From assembly GCA_021735655.1 (NCBI GenBank), contig JAIPGM010000001.1, positions 161,728 to 225,727 on the forward strand: 64,000 nt of DNA. The letters run 5' to 3'. Made by a program: the position numbers and the translations under genes. The notes below the pieces were generated by a model. It made no database searches, was not told the origin of the DNA, and saw only the letters and a program-made list of their open reading frames with translations. Each line of letters begins with the position of its first letter. Position 1 is the first letter of the stretch. Shown here one piece after another: positions 1 to 13,200 of this stretch. The DNA is from Candidatus Omnitrophota bacterium (GTDB lineage Bacteria > Omnitrophota > Gorgyraeia > Duberdicusellales > 4484-171).

Positions 1-55
1 CCGTCTTGATCCAGTACGGGATAAATTACTCTATGACTATCTTTTAAAGCGTTTA

Positions 56-1240
56 ATGAGAGAGGGTATGATTGGAGCAGCAGTTGATTTTGAACAAATG
101 ATGCAGGCTAATTCCCTTTCGGTTAATCTTGCCCAAGTTGCGACTAGAAGATTGTTGGCCGATATAGCTATTTATCACACCGAAGAATTTGCTTTAGGAT
201 TACATCTCCAAACTAAAGGCGTGCCAACCTTTATTATGCCTCCGGCAATTAACCCTTTTAGTTATAAAAATATTCCCCTAGCTGATAATTTTATTCGGGC
301 AACTATGGTTAAATATGGTTTAGATCCCAATAAATTTACGGTTGTTGAAATATCACGTTTCGATCCTTTTAAGGGGCCGCTGGAGGCCATTCAGGCTTTT
401 GTGCGTTTATTTTTGGATAATCCGGGATTGCAGAATGATTTACAATTTGTTTATGCCGGAAATATGGCTGACGATAACCCTAAGGGAAAACGCGATTTTG
501 AAAAGATCGATGCCTATTCTCGCTATCTTAGAAAGAAATTTCCTAAACTTAGGAAAGCCTTGTTTTTGCTCGGTCTTGGGAATAAACCCGGGACAGTAGC
601 CTTAAATTGGGCCCAGAGACGCAGCTTGCGTGTTGGTGGTCAGTTTGCTCGGCCATTTTCTCGGAAAGAGATAGGTCGACTCAACGGTGTTGAGATAAAT
701 GCTCTTGAGGTTAATGCTTTACAGCAACAACTTGAGATGGAAAAAAGAGACGGTAGGTTAGTTATTTCTTTACCGCGTAAAATAGCAATACAGCCTTCAT
801 CAAAAGAAGGTTTTGGCTTAGTGGCGGCTGAGGCTACCGGAAAAGGTACTCTGGTTATCGCTTCTTTGATCGGTGGCCTTAAAGCGCAATTAAAGGATTT
901 GCTTGCGCAAGCTTCTTGGTTGGGCATTAACTATACGCCGGAGGAAATTAGTCAATCTTTAGAGGTGTATGACTCAATGGATTCTGATCAGCATAGAGGT
1001 GTTGTTTTCGATGTGGCTTATTTGGAAAGAATTAATTTATATCAACGGCTTAATCAACGAGAATTCGTTTTGGGTTTAGCTACCTCTCTGCGGGTGGCTT
1101 ACGAACTGGCTCATAAAAATCCAGATGTCTATCGAGAGCTCGGTTTAGCTGCACGTTGCCAGACTTTAGATAAGTTTATTACTCTAGCTAATGTTGAGAA
1201 CCGCTTAGCCGCCGCTTCCTTGATTGTTGATAATCAGCAG
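56..1240 (+). other. Module A: C-terminal portion of a GT4-type (group 1) glycosyltransferase, truncated at the window edge.
   Basis: Motifs EISRFDPFKGPLEAIQAF and EGFGLVAAEATGKGTLVIASLIGG match the GT4 C-terminal Rossmann domain (E-x7-E / EGFG...EA...G.P.I region). The module ends immediately before the PLDNG at 1241. Confidence 0.55.
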
Positions 1241-4200
1241 CCCTTGGATAATGGTAAGCCAGAAGTTCCGATGCCTTCTTCTTATTGGATCGATCATAGC
1301 CTTCTTCATGAAATTGATAATGTTTGGGCTAACTTGGATTGGATTAATCCCGGGCCAAGTTTAAGCATAGCTCGCCAGATTGAGAAAAATTTTAAGCCAG
1401 CACAAGAGCCAGGTTTTTTAAGAGTTAGCATAGATGCCTTTGGTCCGCTTAACGGATTTAAAAATCAAGTATTAGCTGAACATGAGCAGTATTTTGATTC
1501 CGAGGTTTATAAAGATTATCGAGCTGGCATAATTCATGCTATTGATAATCTTTGGCAACACGGCGGAAAGTACGGTGCCTTATTTTTGATGGCTCAGCTT
1601 AGAGGACGAACCGTACGCTTTACTTATTGTTTGCTAGATCGCGGTGATGGTTTTATTAATGACGATTACAACCATGTTCGTTTAGAAGAAGCCGTTCAGG
1701 CACATAGAACATTTAAACGAGCCGGCAAGAATGGTATGGGCCTTTATTATATGGCGATAAAGCCGGATTATTTTTCAATCACCGCGGTTAATTGCTACCG
1801 GGCTGTTGCCACAACTCAAGCTCACTATTGGGAAACTGGCTACACTAAAGAATGGCCGTTTTGCCCGCAACAAACTCCGGTTAACAAGGGGGTGCGGGTG
1901 ATTTCGGTAAAGGATGTAGCTTTAGGCCTTTTGCCATTTTCGAATATGCAGCCGTTAGATAATGGCCGTCGAACTGATGAAGAACGCCTGGATTTTATCG
2001 GATTTTTAGTTGAGTCATATTTAGAGGCTTTATTTACTTTCCGGAGGTTAAGAGCAAATAACAGCGAAGTAGCCGAGATGTATCTGCCAGCAATTTCCGA
2101 AACTGCCGTTAGAAAGAAACGAGCCAAATGGGTAGTTACAGCTGTTGAGGTTGCCCGTGAGGCATTTCAGGTTATGGCTCGAGCTGATTTTCGACATTCA
2201 TCCGGCTTAACCATTCGTTCAATCTTTGATTCAATTTTGGCTTCTGGCGGTCGCAACCAAGCAGCTAATGATCTAGGAGTCGATCGCGCTAGCCTTACTC
2301 GCTGGATGCATAGCTTACCTAATGATTTATTAGGTGGGTTAGATCCAGAATTAGCAGTCTTCAAACAAAGAATCCTTGATTTATTTGATGAAAACAATAC
2401 TCGACCCCTAGACAACGGTAAAGAAAATATAGATTTATTAGCGGTTACAGCAGTTAAAAGAGAGGACACCTCACCGTGGCTGGCGGGCCCTCTCTCTGCT
2501 GTAGCCCCTATATATATAGGTAAACAGCAGGGGCCGCTAGATAACGGCCGAGCGCCTTTGGATAATGGCCAGCCAGCTAACTTTTGGAAAGTTTTGCATT
2601 CTGGTATATACGTACTTCCGATATATTACACTCGACTTTTCGATACAGCTAAAGACGCAGGAATTGGAAAATATACTTATGTAGTGCCGTTTGTTCGTGA
2701 TCATGTATTGTCTTTAGGCCATCAAGCGATACTTTTCTTACCGTTTTCTTTGCAGTTACCTTGGTCGCAATCTCCTTATGATGCGGCTGATTGGCGTTAT
2801 TTTAATACTGATTATATTGATTGGGGGCTTATCCCTGAGGCTCAACCTTTTCTAGGTAAGTTCGATTATTACGGTCATTCACAGCGTAGCGTTGATTTTC
2901 GATCAATCCGGCCACGTGAATTATTAATCGGAAAGGCCGCCTTTCTTAATCTCAGAGACAATCGAGAAAAACAATACCGCCAGCGCTGGGAAGATTTTCA
3001 AAGGTTTGTTAACAATCAGCGAAGTAGAGGGCCGGAGTGGGATTTAACCCATCTTGGTCATTACCGGGCCTTCAATGATGTCTTGGGTAATGATTTTGGT
3101 TTATGGGTTCATGAAGGGATGTATTGCCCTAGGCAGGATACCCATCCAGATGTTATCAAGTACAACGTTGCTGAGCAAAATAAAAATATGCAATATTCAG
3201 ATTTAATTCAGTTCTATCAATACCAGCAATGGATTGCTTTCGGCCAGGCTCGCGATATGCTTGAAGGTTTGCGCAATATTGGTGTCTTTTATCTTTTAGA
3301 TAATCCTTTCTTTCATGCTAAGGGTGGTATTAATTTTTGGACCCAAAACATCATTTCAAGAGATAGGCATTATGAATTTTTTGATCGTTCACCCGGTGTA
3401 CCCGGAATCGGTAGTGACCCTGAACAATTCTGGACATCTTTGGTTCCTTGGAATTGGCCTAGATTAAGAGAGTTGGACTATGAACCTTTCTTAAACCCTT
3501 ATCATTATTATTTAGGTGATTTGGGCGCTCAGGGAGTTCGGGCTGATGCTATTCATTTTCTTTTTCCTTGGATTCATTGGGAACGCGGTCCTTATGCTGC
3601 TAATTTTCAGAGTTGGGAGTCCCCGGGTCATGATTTACTTTGGAGATTAGACAACGTTTTTAATTCTTATGGAGCTTTCAGGCTTGGCGAGTTACTTGGC
3701 CCGGGTTTTGAAAGTATTCAGAGAATGGGCTTTGATAATTATCACTGGCATTTCTATCGGATGTGGAAATGGGGTGGCGGACCTGATTTAAATCCGGGTT
3801 GGAACGCAAAAGCTTTAGAGTTACATGATGGGCCGCGGGTTTGTGTTGACCATGAACACGGGTTCTATCCTTATGCCGGACACGCTTATTTACGGCATCG
3901 TTTGGAGGGCCCGGGCGGTCTAAAAGAATTAAATAGTCGTTTCCTTTTAGGCAGTTCGGATATAGCTATGGTTTATGCCGGAGATGAAGTAGCCGACAAC
4001 TGGTGGATAAATAACCCTAATCTGCCTGAGTGGATGATGGATCGTAATTGGGCCACTCGAATGCCAATGCAGGGCGATCAGGATTTTGATCTTTCAGTAG
4101 CCTTGTCCATGCTTGAGCATCGCCGTTGGATTGGCCAGCGTCTAATTGAGCGGACGCCTTTGGATAATGGTAAGCAAGAGTTTAATCATCTTAGCTTGGT

Positions 4201-7200
4201 TGAATCTAACGGTGAACAAAAGTTATACTCAGCCAGTAGTTTAGTAATATCTCAAAGGGGAGTCTATTTAAGCCCGACATCAACCGGGCCGAAAGAGGTA
4301 ATTTCTCAGATTCAACTTAGCCCAAGCGGAATTAAAGTTTCCGGGGAGTTAACTAGCCAGGAGCCAAAATCCCGGCCAATAGATTATCGTCACTCTTATG
4401 AAATTAACTTTTATTTTGAAAAATTAGCTAAAGCCTATGGCCGCGGTTTGTTTGTCGGTATCAATGACGTACAGCTTTGGATTCGTCTTAGCCAGGCTTT
4501 GGGTGATTTTTTATGGGGCGTTTTGCGTCTTGAAACAGGGATTTTTGATATTCCCGATAGAAAATTACGACGCCTGGTGATTCAGGAAGCGCTTTATCAT
4601 GAGGTGATGACTAGTGCCTTGGGGCTTTCAGTGGCTAATCGCGGCTTGCGTGAGTTTTTTGCAACCATTTTAAGTGTCAGCCATTTTTGCTATCTTAGCG
4701 AGATAGCTAAAGATCAGGATAAGCTTAATTATCGTTTAGGGATTCTGCAAGCTCTTGATCGGGGTTTAATCCAGATGAGTGATTCACTGGCTGGGCTATA
4801 CCGTCAAATTGCCGAGTCTGGCAGTTTACCTGATCCAGCAACCTTGGTAAAAGCAGTTATAACCCATATTAATGAAGAAGAACGATACCATAGTGACCGG
4901 CGTTCATTTAGGGATTATGTTCGAACTAAGTCCGAGAATTTTAGCGGACGCTTTACAGTCGGAAATCTTACCCAGGCGGTATTAAATGATTCAGCTTTAC
5001 AGTTAGAGTTACAGGCAGAGTGGACAAATTTCTTGGGATTTTTAGCTAATTCACAAACCGTAGCCCGTGCCTGGCAGCCGAAAATTAAATTTATAAGAGG
5101 TCCGCGGGGCATAAAGGTTATTAATCCCCAAGGCGTACCGGATCAAGGCGGCTATCAATTCCAGCTGCAAAGTTTCCGGGCAATTTTTGACTGTTTGGGT
5201 TTGCCTAATCCGCTTAGTGAGCCAGCTGCCCTAAATAGATATTTAGGTTTTCTGCCTGAGCCTCCTGAGTATGACTCCCAAGCCGTAAATTTACCGGAGT
5301 TAAACATCAGTCAAATTTTACCCGGAGTAGCTGTTGTTTATCCGGATAGTTTGGAAGCTAATCAATTAGCGGTAAGGCGAGCTTTGTATGAATTGATGAA
5401 TTTTCGGGTTTGGAAGTTAGCCGTTGAAATACGTGGCGCCTTAGGTACAGAAGATGCTTTGTTTTTTGATCAGCATTGTCAGGTACATTCCTTTGTTGAT
5501 GTAGCCCAAGGGTGGATGTTAGATTTAAATCCCCAAAGCCCGATAGTCTATGATGATGTTTTACCCGGCGGCCAAGCTTACGAAGCGCCGGAGCAGCCGG
5601 ATTTAGCCGAACATGAGCGATTGCATCAAAAGGCTCAGGCAGTTTTTTCAAAAGTTTGGGCAATCACTATGAACAGGTTCTTGCGGGATCAGCGGATGTT
5701 TGGCGGTGAAGCCGTGGGTTTAGTTGGCTTTACTACAACCGTACCAATATTATATCGTTACATACAGCAATGTAAGCATTCTGAGCCGGAATACTCACTA
5801 CAGCGACCTTTGAATAATGGCCTAGGCATACTTCAATATTTACAATCTTTACGTCGTAGCCAGGAAACCGAGGCTGCTAGAAGGGTTAGTCTAGACCAAG
5901 GCTTTGGGCAATTAAAAAGTTTATTAGTTGAAAAATTACAGTCGATTGATTCAACCACTTTAAGCATTGCAAATCTTGATCAGGCTTTGAATGAAGATAG
6001 CCAGGCGATATTTTTAACCTTAGAGCAATTAAGAGAGGCACGCTTTCAGGCTGAGAGCTTTCGTAATGGGCAGGTAAGTATGTGTGATCTTGCTAGCCTA
6101 GCTTTGGCCGCTGCCAGCGAAGAAGTTTTTGGCCAGAGACACTTAGTTAAAATAGTTGTTGGCTATTATCGGGTTGATGAGCAGCTATATAAAAAACATT
6201 ATTGGGTTGTGATTGATGAAACATTGTTGATTGATATAACTTATGGTCAGTTTGATCCGGACCATCTCAATCGTATTTTAGTTGCTACAGTAGATGATTA
6301 CTTGAGATTAAAATTAGAATATGGTACAGAGTTAGAGCCGCTTGATAATGGAAAACAAACTCAAGTTCAGCCTACTTGTTTAGAGGCTAGGTGGTGGAAT
6401 AATTATTATCCCGGGGTTATCGAAGGAACTGGAATAAGGCCGACTGCCCGCTCACTTAGCTTTGAGCAGATCGAAGAAGTGGTTTGTCTATTACTTCTCG
6501 ATCAAGCCGGCCAGGAATTGGTAGCTAAAATAATAAATAGAGAACTGCCCGATGTATATCCTTCGGTTCGAAGAACCGCTCTTAAAGCTATGGTCAGGTT
6601 CGATCATTACGAACTTTTTGGCCCGAAGATAATTACTTGTTTGCAGGATGTAGTCAGAGATGGAGCTGAGATGTATCAGCCTTTTGCTCTTTATGCTTTG
6701 GCTCAGACCCCGGCTTTTAATGGCCCGGTTGCCAATAGATTTGCCGAGGAAGCACTTAAGGGGACCCTTAAACCAAGCCCAAGAAAGCCTACCGCAGCCG
6801 AAAAAACTGCCTTACAGGAAGGGTTAGAGCCAAATACTCAAGCGATTAGATTTAAATCCCGGCTTGCTTCAGTTGAATATTTAAAAGGAGTTTTAGCTCA
6901 ACGTCAAGGTTGGGCTCGGGTTTGCCTCGGAACAGTACCACATTTTAGTCGGGTTAGCAATCGCGCTTTAATCAATAAATTTGCTGCTCAGGTATTAGCA
7001 GCTGATAAAAAGCTTTCTTCTAGTTCAGCTCAGCGACGCCAGAAAGATAAGTCAGAATTTTGGGGTCTTGAGCAAGCTGAGTTTATTCATCCAGCTACTG
7101 GCCATGAAGCTTTGGTTGAGCTGGCCAATGATCCGGAGTTATCATCTAGTGATGAAAGTCCTTTGGTTGATCAAATACTACATCAGATGGAGGAATTAGG

Positions 7201-10200
7201 TTATGTGCCGATATTGCGACCCAGTAAATTTCAGCTTACTGAGCCAGCTCAAGGTCAGGAAGCTGAAATTGATCGCGAGGCGCTTTGGACCAAGGATGCT
7301 GTTTTGATGATTTCTACTAAATTCGGAATAGTTCCGGTTTCTTCAGCATTAGCCAATCTTAAGGGCGGTGAGTTCGTCAGTGGCTATGGTAAGCGCGGCA
7401 GCTTTATGATTATTCCGGCAGCCGCTCTAAATTCAAAACAGCAGCTATCTGATATAATTCCCGAGGTTCCGATTCATGTATTTCCTTCGGGATTTTTGGT
7501 GATCAATGATCAGGGCGTAATTCGTTTAAGAGGAACCTCGCATATTGACACTTCTTTAGGAGCAATTCCGATTATGGCCCGGCCAGAATCAGGCCAGTTG
7601 ATGTTAATCGATCCTTTGTTGCATCAGGTTGCCCGTACACACCCTCGCTATCGCGATCACTATCAATCAGTAGTTCAAGAAGATGGAGTGCGTTTTATTG
7701 ATGTGCCCGAGCCTGAACGTCATTTAAATCCTGCTAATTTTGGTATTCTTCCCGGTGGAGAAATATTTATGCCTTATGCGCCGCGGACTAAACAAGTTTT
7801 AATTGAGGCTGGGGTTAATGAGCAGTATATAATAATGTTACCAAGTGAATTTAATAAGTATTTACCAACCCTTCATGTTTTGGCGGGGAGTATTGGCTGT
7901 TTAGTGGCCCAAGCTTTTCATCCGGTTGAGAAGCGAGAGCCGCTCGACAATGGCCATGAAAAAGAAAAACGGCAAACTAGATCCCGAGCAATAGATATAT
8001 CAACCAAAGGTGCTGAAGATTTATTGTTTACTGAGCTTCAAACAGGGAGTTTAGTTAGTTTAGTGGTTGATGGCCTTGAGTATTGGCTTAGCCTTGACCA
8101 GGGCGATGAAGTTTGGTTTGATTTATATCGGCCTAAAGATGATATCATTGGCTATATTTATTTTCGAAATGACGCAATGCCAGCCAGAAAAATAGCCAAT
8201 TTTGGCGGCCCGAGCATTGTTCCGGCTTACCGGGGCAGGCATTTGTCGCGAGTTCTTTATTTTGTTTATTTTCGTTATCTTTGGCGCAATAATTATATCC
8301 CTGAAGAAGACTGTTTGACTATCGATGATCGATTGGCCCTAAAGCTTTATCATGAAGCTAAAAAGTTTTATTACGATCAAGACCATACCTTTACTCCGTT
8401 TCAGATTATTCCCCGAGCCGAAAAGACTAAAGCTGCAAAACCTTTAGATAATGGCCACGATATGGTTCAAAAACAATTATTTGAGTTAATTAAGCGTAAG
8501 TCAGATTCGATTAAAACTTTCTTAGAGCCGTTTGAAGCTTGCCTTGCTTACAATGGAGTGTTAGCTTTGCTGATTCGAGGAAGGCCTGACTTGAGCGTTA
8601 AATTTTTGCTTAAGAAGATTGGCTCGGCTGAGCATTGGTTTTTACTGGCTGAAACTGTTTTAGGAAATCATCAGTTTGTGGTTGATATTTCGCCGCAAGG
8701 AAAGATGTTTACCGATATTGAGGTGCTGGTTGTAGATTGTGCTGAAGCCGGAAAAATAAATTATCTATATGAAGATTATACTGTAGTTAGCGATCAAGAA
8801 ACCGAAAACTTATTGCGAGCCTTAGCAAGACAAAAAGGGATGAATGAGTTCTTGCATTTAGTTCATCAATTACCAGAAGAAAAATGGATAGGTAGGTTAC
8901 CGGATAGTGACCAGTCGATGCCACTTGATAATGGTAAATTAATCAATGAAGGTTCAGAAAGTTCTTTTTCCGATATAACTAATTCGATGCGGGTGACTTT
9001 TGTTATGCCGATGTACAATGAACAGCAACGCTTACTTCCCAAGACTTCTGATAATCCCTATGGTGAAGATGCTTTAAGGGTTAAAGTAAGTCAATTTAGA
9101 GAACTCGAGCAAGAAAATCCTAATTTCCAGTGGCGGCTAATTGCCGTAGATGACGGAACTCCCGGGTTTGCTTCAGCCAAATGCCTTGAGCAGATTTTGG
9201 CTGAGATTGATGCCCAGAATCGGGAATTTAATATCTATTCTAAAGTTTTCGTAGTGGTGATAACTGAACAAGAAAAGAAACTCCTAGGCAGCCGAAAGGG
9301 TGGAGCGGTTTTGCGTGGCTTTCAAGAGGCCCTAAGCCACGGTTGGGCTGATTATATCGGGATTACTGATACTGATATTTCCAGTAATGTTAACCAAACT
9401 AAAGATTTGATTTTGGCTCTTCGCAAAGGTGCTGGAGTAGCCATTGGTTCACGCCGCCAAAGCGGGGCCGAAGCTCGCGGCATACCGCTTTTAGGGAGAG
9501 TTAGCACAGTTATTTATAATTGGTGCATTCGTTTGATTTTGTGGCCGCTTTTTTCAATTCGTGATACCCAGCGCGGTTTTAAACTTTTTCAAAAAGAAGT
9601 AATTGTCAGAATATTACCCTATGCTCGCGATCACCATCTTTCTTTTGATACTGAACTGTTACTTTTGTCGCGTTTAGCCGGATACCAAATAGCTGAGGTG
9701 CCGATTGTCTGGATTGATTCAGCTGAGGCAACTACTTTGGTTATGTCTAAAGATGCTCCAGCGATGCTCTGGCGAGTGATTAAACAAGCCCGCCATATTT
9801 TTAATAATCCTTTTCGCGGCCAAAAGCCGCTCGATAACGGCCGAAAAATAAATCTATCAGTTAGAATGCTCAGAAAAGCTAGATTAATTACTGTTCATGT
9901 TGATGCTGGAGATTGTCCAGCCGCCTTAGCTAGCGCGATTGATAAATTAGTTTCGGGTTTAGGGCAAATCCAAGTAAGCCGTAGTAATATTGTCTTAAAC
10001 ACCGCCCATCAGAATAGCCCTATGGATATTGTTTCGTCGGTAGGCTCTCTCTCAACTGAACAGATAACAACTTTATTTCCTGAAGCTGTTTTTCTGATTG
10101 CTGGCGGCAATGTGTTTAAATGCTTAAGAAATCTAGTTGAGTCATTGGCTGTCGGCTCAGTGAACAAGCGAACTGTTAGGATTTTTGTTCTTTACGATTA

Positions 10201-13200
10201 TACCTATGGCCAAGGCTCTAATTATAGCCCTGAGCAATTAGCCGGTGAATATTATGATTATTTTAGCGATATGCTTTCAGTCTATAGTGATAGGTTTAAT
10301 CTAGCTGTATTTTATCTTGCTCAGAATCAATTCGAGCAGGAAATTTACGGTAAAAATTTATCCGGGCCCAATTTATCTTTAGCAATTATTGAAAAAGAAG
10401 CTTTAGCTAGTCAAGTACCTTTAGATAATGGGCGTAGTCTTGGGGAGTTAACTGCCGAAGGCTACAACTTAAAGTTTCTAGCCCGCAGTTCTGATTTAAG
10501 AATGACTGCCCATTGCCGAAGAGATGTAAGTTTTAATAGTTATCTTTATGATTATCGCCTGGATCCAGAGCATACTTATCGTCAAGCCCAATTAGTTCCT
10601 TTAGTTGCTCGATCGGTTAAGGAAAATGCTTTTAGAAAGTCTTCTGATTGGCAATACTTGCCGCAGCATTTGAAAGATTTATACGATTCCGGTAAAGTTT
10701 TGATGATTGCTTCCCGAGCCCAAGCTAAAGCTAAGCCTAGCCGGTATTCAGCCTTAGTAATTTCTGGCAGGACTGAGGCTTTTAGCGGCCGGATGGGTAT
10801 TTTACTCTATGACAATCGGCCGATCATTGTTTCAATTTTAGATAAGCCTTTTTTCATTGAAGCTAAAGGAATCGGGGTTGCTCAAGGAGGTTTTAGCTCA
10901 GTGCATCGGCGCTCGGGCCATAGATATGAAGTTACCGGGGCTCAGCGTTGGCAAGCTTCCTTAAAAGAATTTACCAGTTTAGAGCTTGAGCGAAAAATCA
11001 GCCGATTTTTTGGAACAGCTGATACCCCACGCGCCTTAGCGGCGATAGTCTATAAATATCCTCAAATGGATCAGTTAATTAGTGATAGCCTAACTAGCCA
11101 GGCTGAGCGAAGAGAAGCTAAAGAGCAGTTAGGCGATAGTTTAGGGATAATGTTGCGGCTTTCGCCTTCGAGCCGCCGCTTTGCTTATAATTTAGAACAG
11201 CGTCACATTAGAATGCTTGGTGAAGCTTCAGCCCGCCTGCTTTGTTCTTATCTTCCCCGAGTGCATACTTCGCCGCATTTTGAAAATCTTCTGGAGTGGG
11301 CCGAAGGCAGTGAATTCTCTTGGTCAGACTATGGAGATATTGAAGTGTTATTTGCTCAAAGTAGTTATCACTGGTCAAGGTCACTGATTAATGCCCGTCG
11401 GATATTAATGTCTTATTTGGAAACTAGTATTAGCTGGAATGTAAATTTATTAAAAAAACTGGGAATAATCGAAACCGAAGCAGAATTTATCAGCGAATAC
11501 CTAGCTGGCTTTGTTGCTTATGCTGAAACTTTAGACTGGATAACTCCTGAGGCAATCGAACGTTTAGCCCGAGTCCGCTCGCCTAAGGAGTTTGTTGACG
11601 TAATGATTTTTGAAGTATTCGCTTTAAATGCTTACAACGTGTTTAAAAAACAAACTTATGAAACTATAGTTGAAGTTAATCAGAATAATTTAGTAGAAGA
11701 ACTTTTAAGCTCGGCTTTAACTATTGCCCAGCGGCAAGAGAAAGCTCAACTTGTTGCTGAGTTAAGTGGACATATTGAAGCAGCTAAACAAGGAGAGGCT
11801 TTTTTAGGTTGTCGAATAAAAAAATCTCAAGCTAATCAAGGGGTGCTTACGCCGGTAGCTCAGCCGGTTAAAAATAGTTCTTGGGCTAATCCCTTTTTTG
11901 ATCAATTCGCTTATGATTTATGGCATGCGCTACTTTTTGATGATCATAACCTTTATGATTATGTTCAGGCTAAATGGGATTATACTGTTGGTGAAGAAGG
12001 GGCTTTTAACGTGGCCGGATTTTATCTGCTTGATGCTCATTATCTTGGGTTGTTGCGTTCGCGCACCAGCATGCATAATATACCGGAAAAATTATATATG
12101 TGTTCAGCTGGATATGAAATGACTGCTAATATCAACAAATTATTGACTGCGATTAATCGAGTTAGTTTGTGCCCTCAGGAAAATACCTTGGTGCGTTCAA
12201 CCGTACGTAACACCTTACAACATGCGATTTCCCAGCGCCTAAGTAAGTGGCGCCTGGCTCGGGCTTTAATATTAGTCGTTGAATCTAACGGCGAAGTTCT
12301 TGCCGGAGACGACAGCACTTATGTTTATATTATGGATTCTGGTCCGGGCATGCCGATTGATGCGGTAATGCAAGGCGATTGGCGAAGACATAGTACGATG
12401 TTTGGTACGGATTTAAAAGGTTTTCGTGAATATAGGGACGTTGAATGGATTCTTGATTCTTGGTCAAGCAAAGCCGGCGGACCGCAACGTTGGGATGGTC
12501 TAAGAGGGGGGCTGGTTGAGGGAGCTTTAGTACCGGACAACATGCCTTTATTTGGTACTTTATTCGGTATGCGGCTTAAGCATGGCTTAGAATCGAGTAG
12601 CAAACCTTTAGACAACGGTAGAGATTCTCGGTCAAAAGGACAAAATCTTGGTAGTTTAGGAACGGCTAATAAGGCCCCTCCGGTAAAAACTTACAATGTC
12701 GAGAGTCCTTTTAATCGGTTTTCGCTGCGCCTTTTAGATTTAATTCTAACCTTATCTTTCTTGCCTCTGATTATTCTAGCTAGCCTACCCATAGCTATAT
12801 TTGTTAAATATCAGATTTTTAAACACAAGACTGGACAGTCAGTTATTTTTAAAGAGCAGAGATTCGGCTATAAGGGTAAACCGTTTATCATGTATAAATT
12901 TCGTACTTATATCGGCGATAAAGATAATCCTAAGGCAGTTTTACTGAGCTTGCGTTGTTTGGGGCTAGATGAGTTACCGCAGTGGTGGAATATCTTAAAG
13001 GGCGATCTTTCAATTTGGGGAGTGCGCCCTAAGTTACAAGATGATCCCAGCTCTGACAGTGATTTCCAAGCACACCTGGATCAGATCAATGATTTACGCA
13101 AGCCGGGAATAATTAGTTTAGCTACGGCTGATGTGCACGCTGAGATGGAGCATGTTTCTTTTTCAGCCGAGCATCGCGATCGTCAGATCGCCTTTGATCT

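Noticed and set aside
1952-1966. Hidden out-of-frame stop and start signal (T-TAG-ATA-ATG-G) inside the motif that might mark real gene boundaries.
   Set aside because: This reading exists only in copies that use TTA for Leu. Copies with TTG, CTT, CTC or CTG lack the TAG, so the constraint is clearly on the in-frame peptide.
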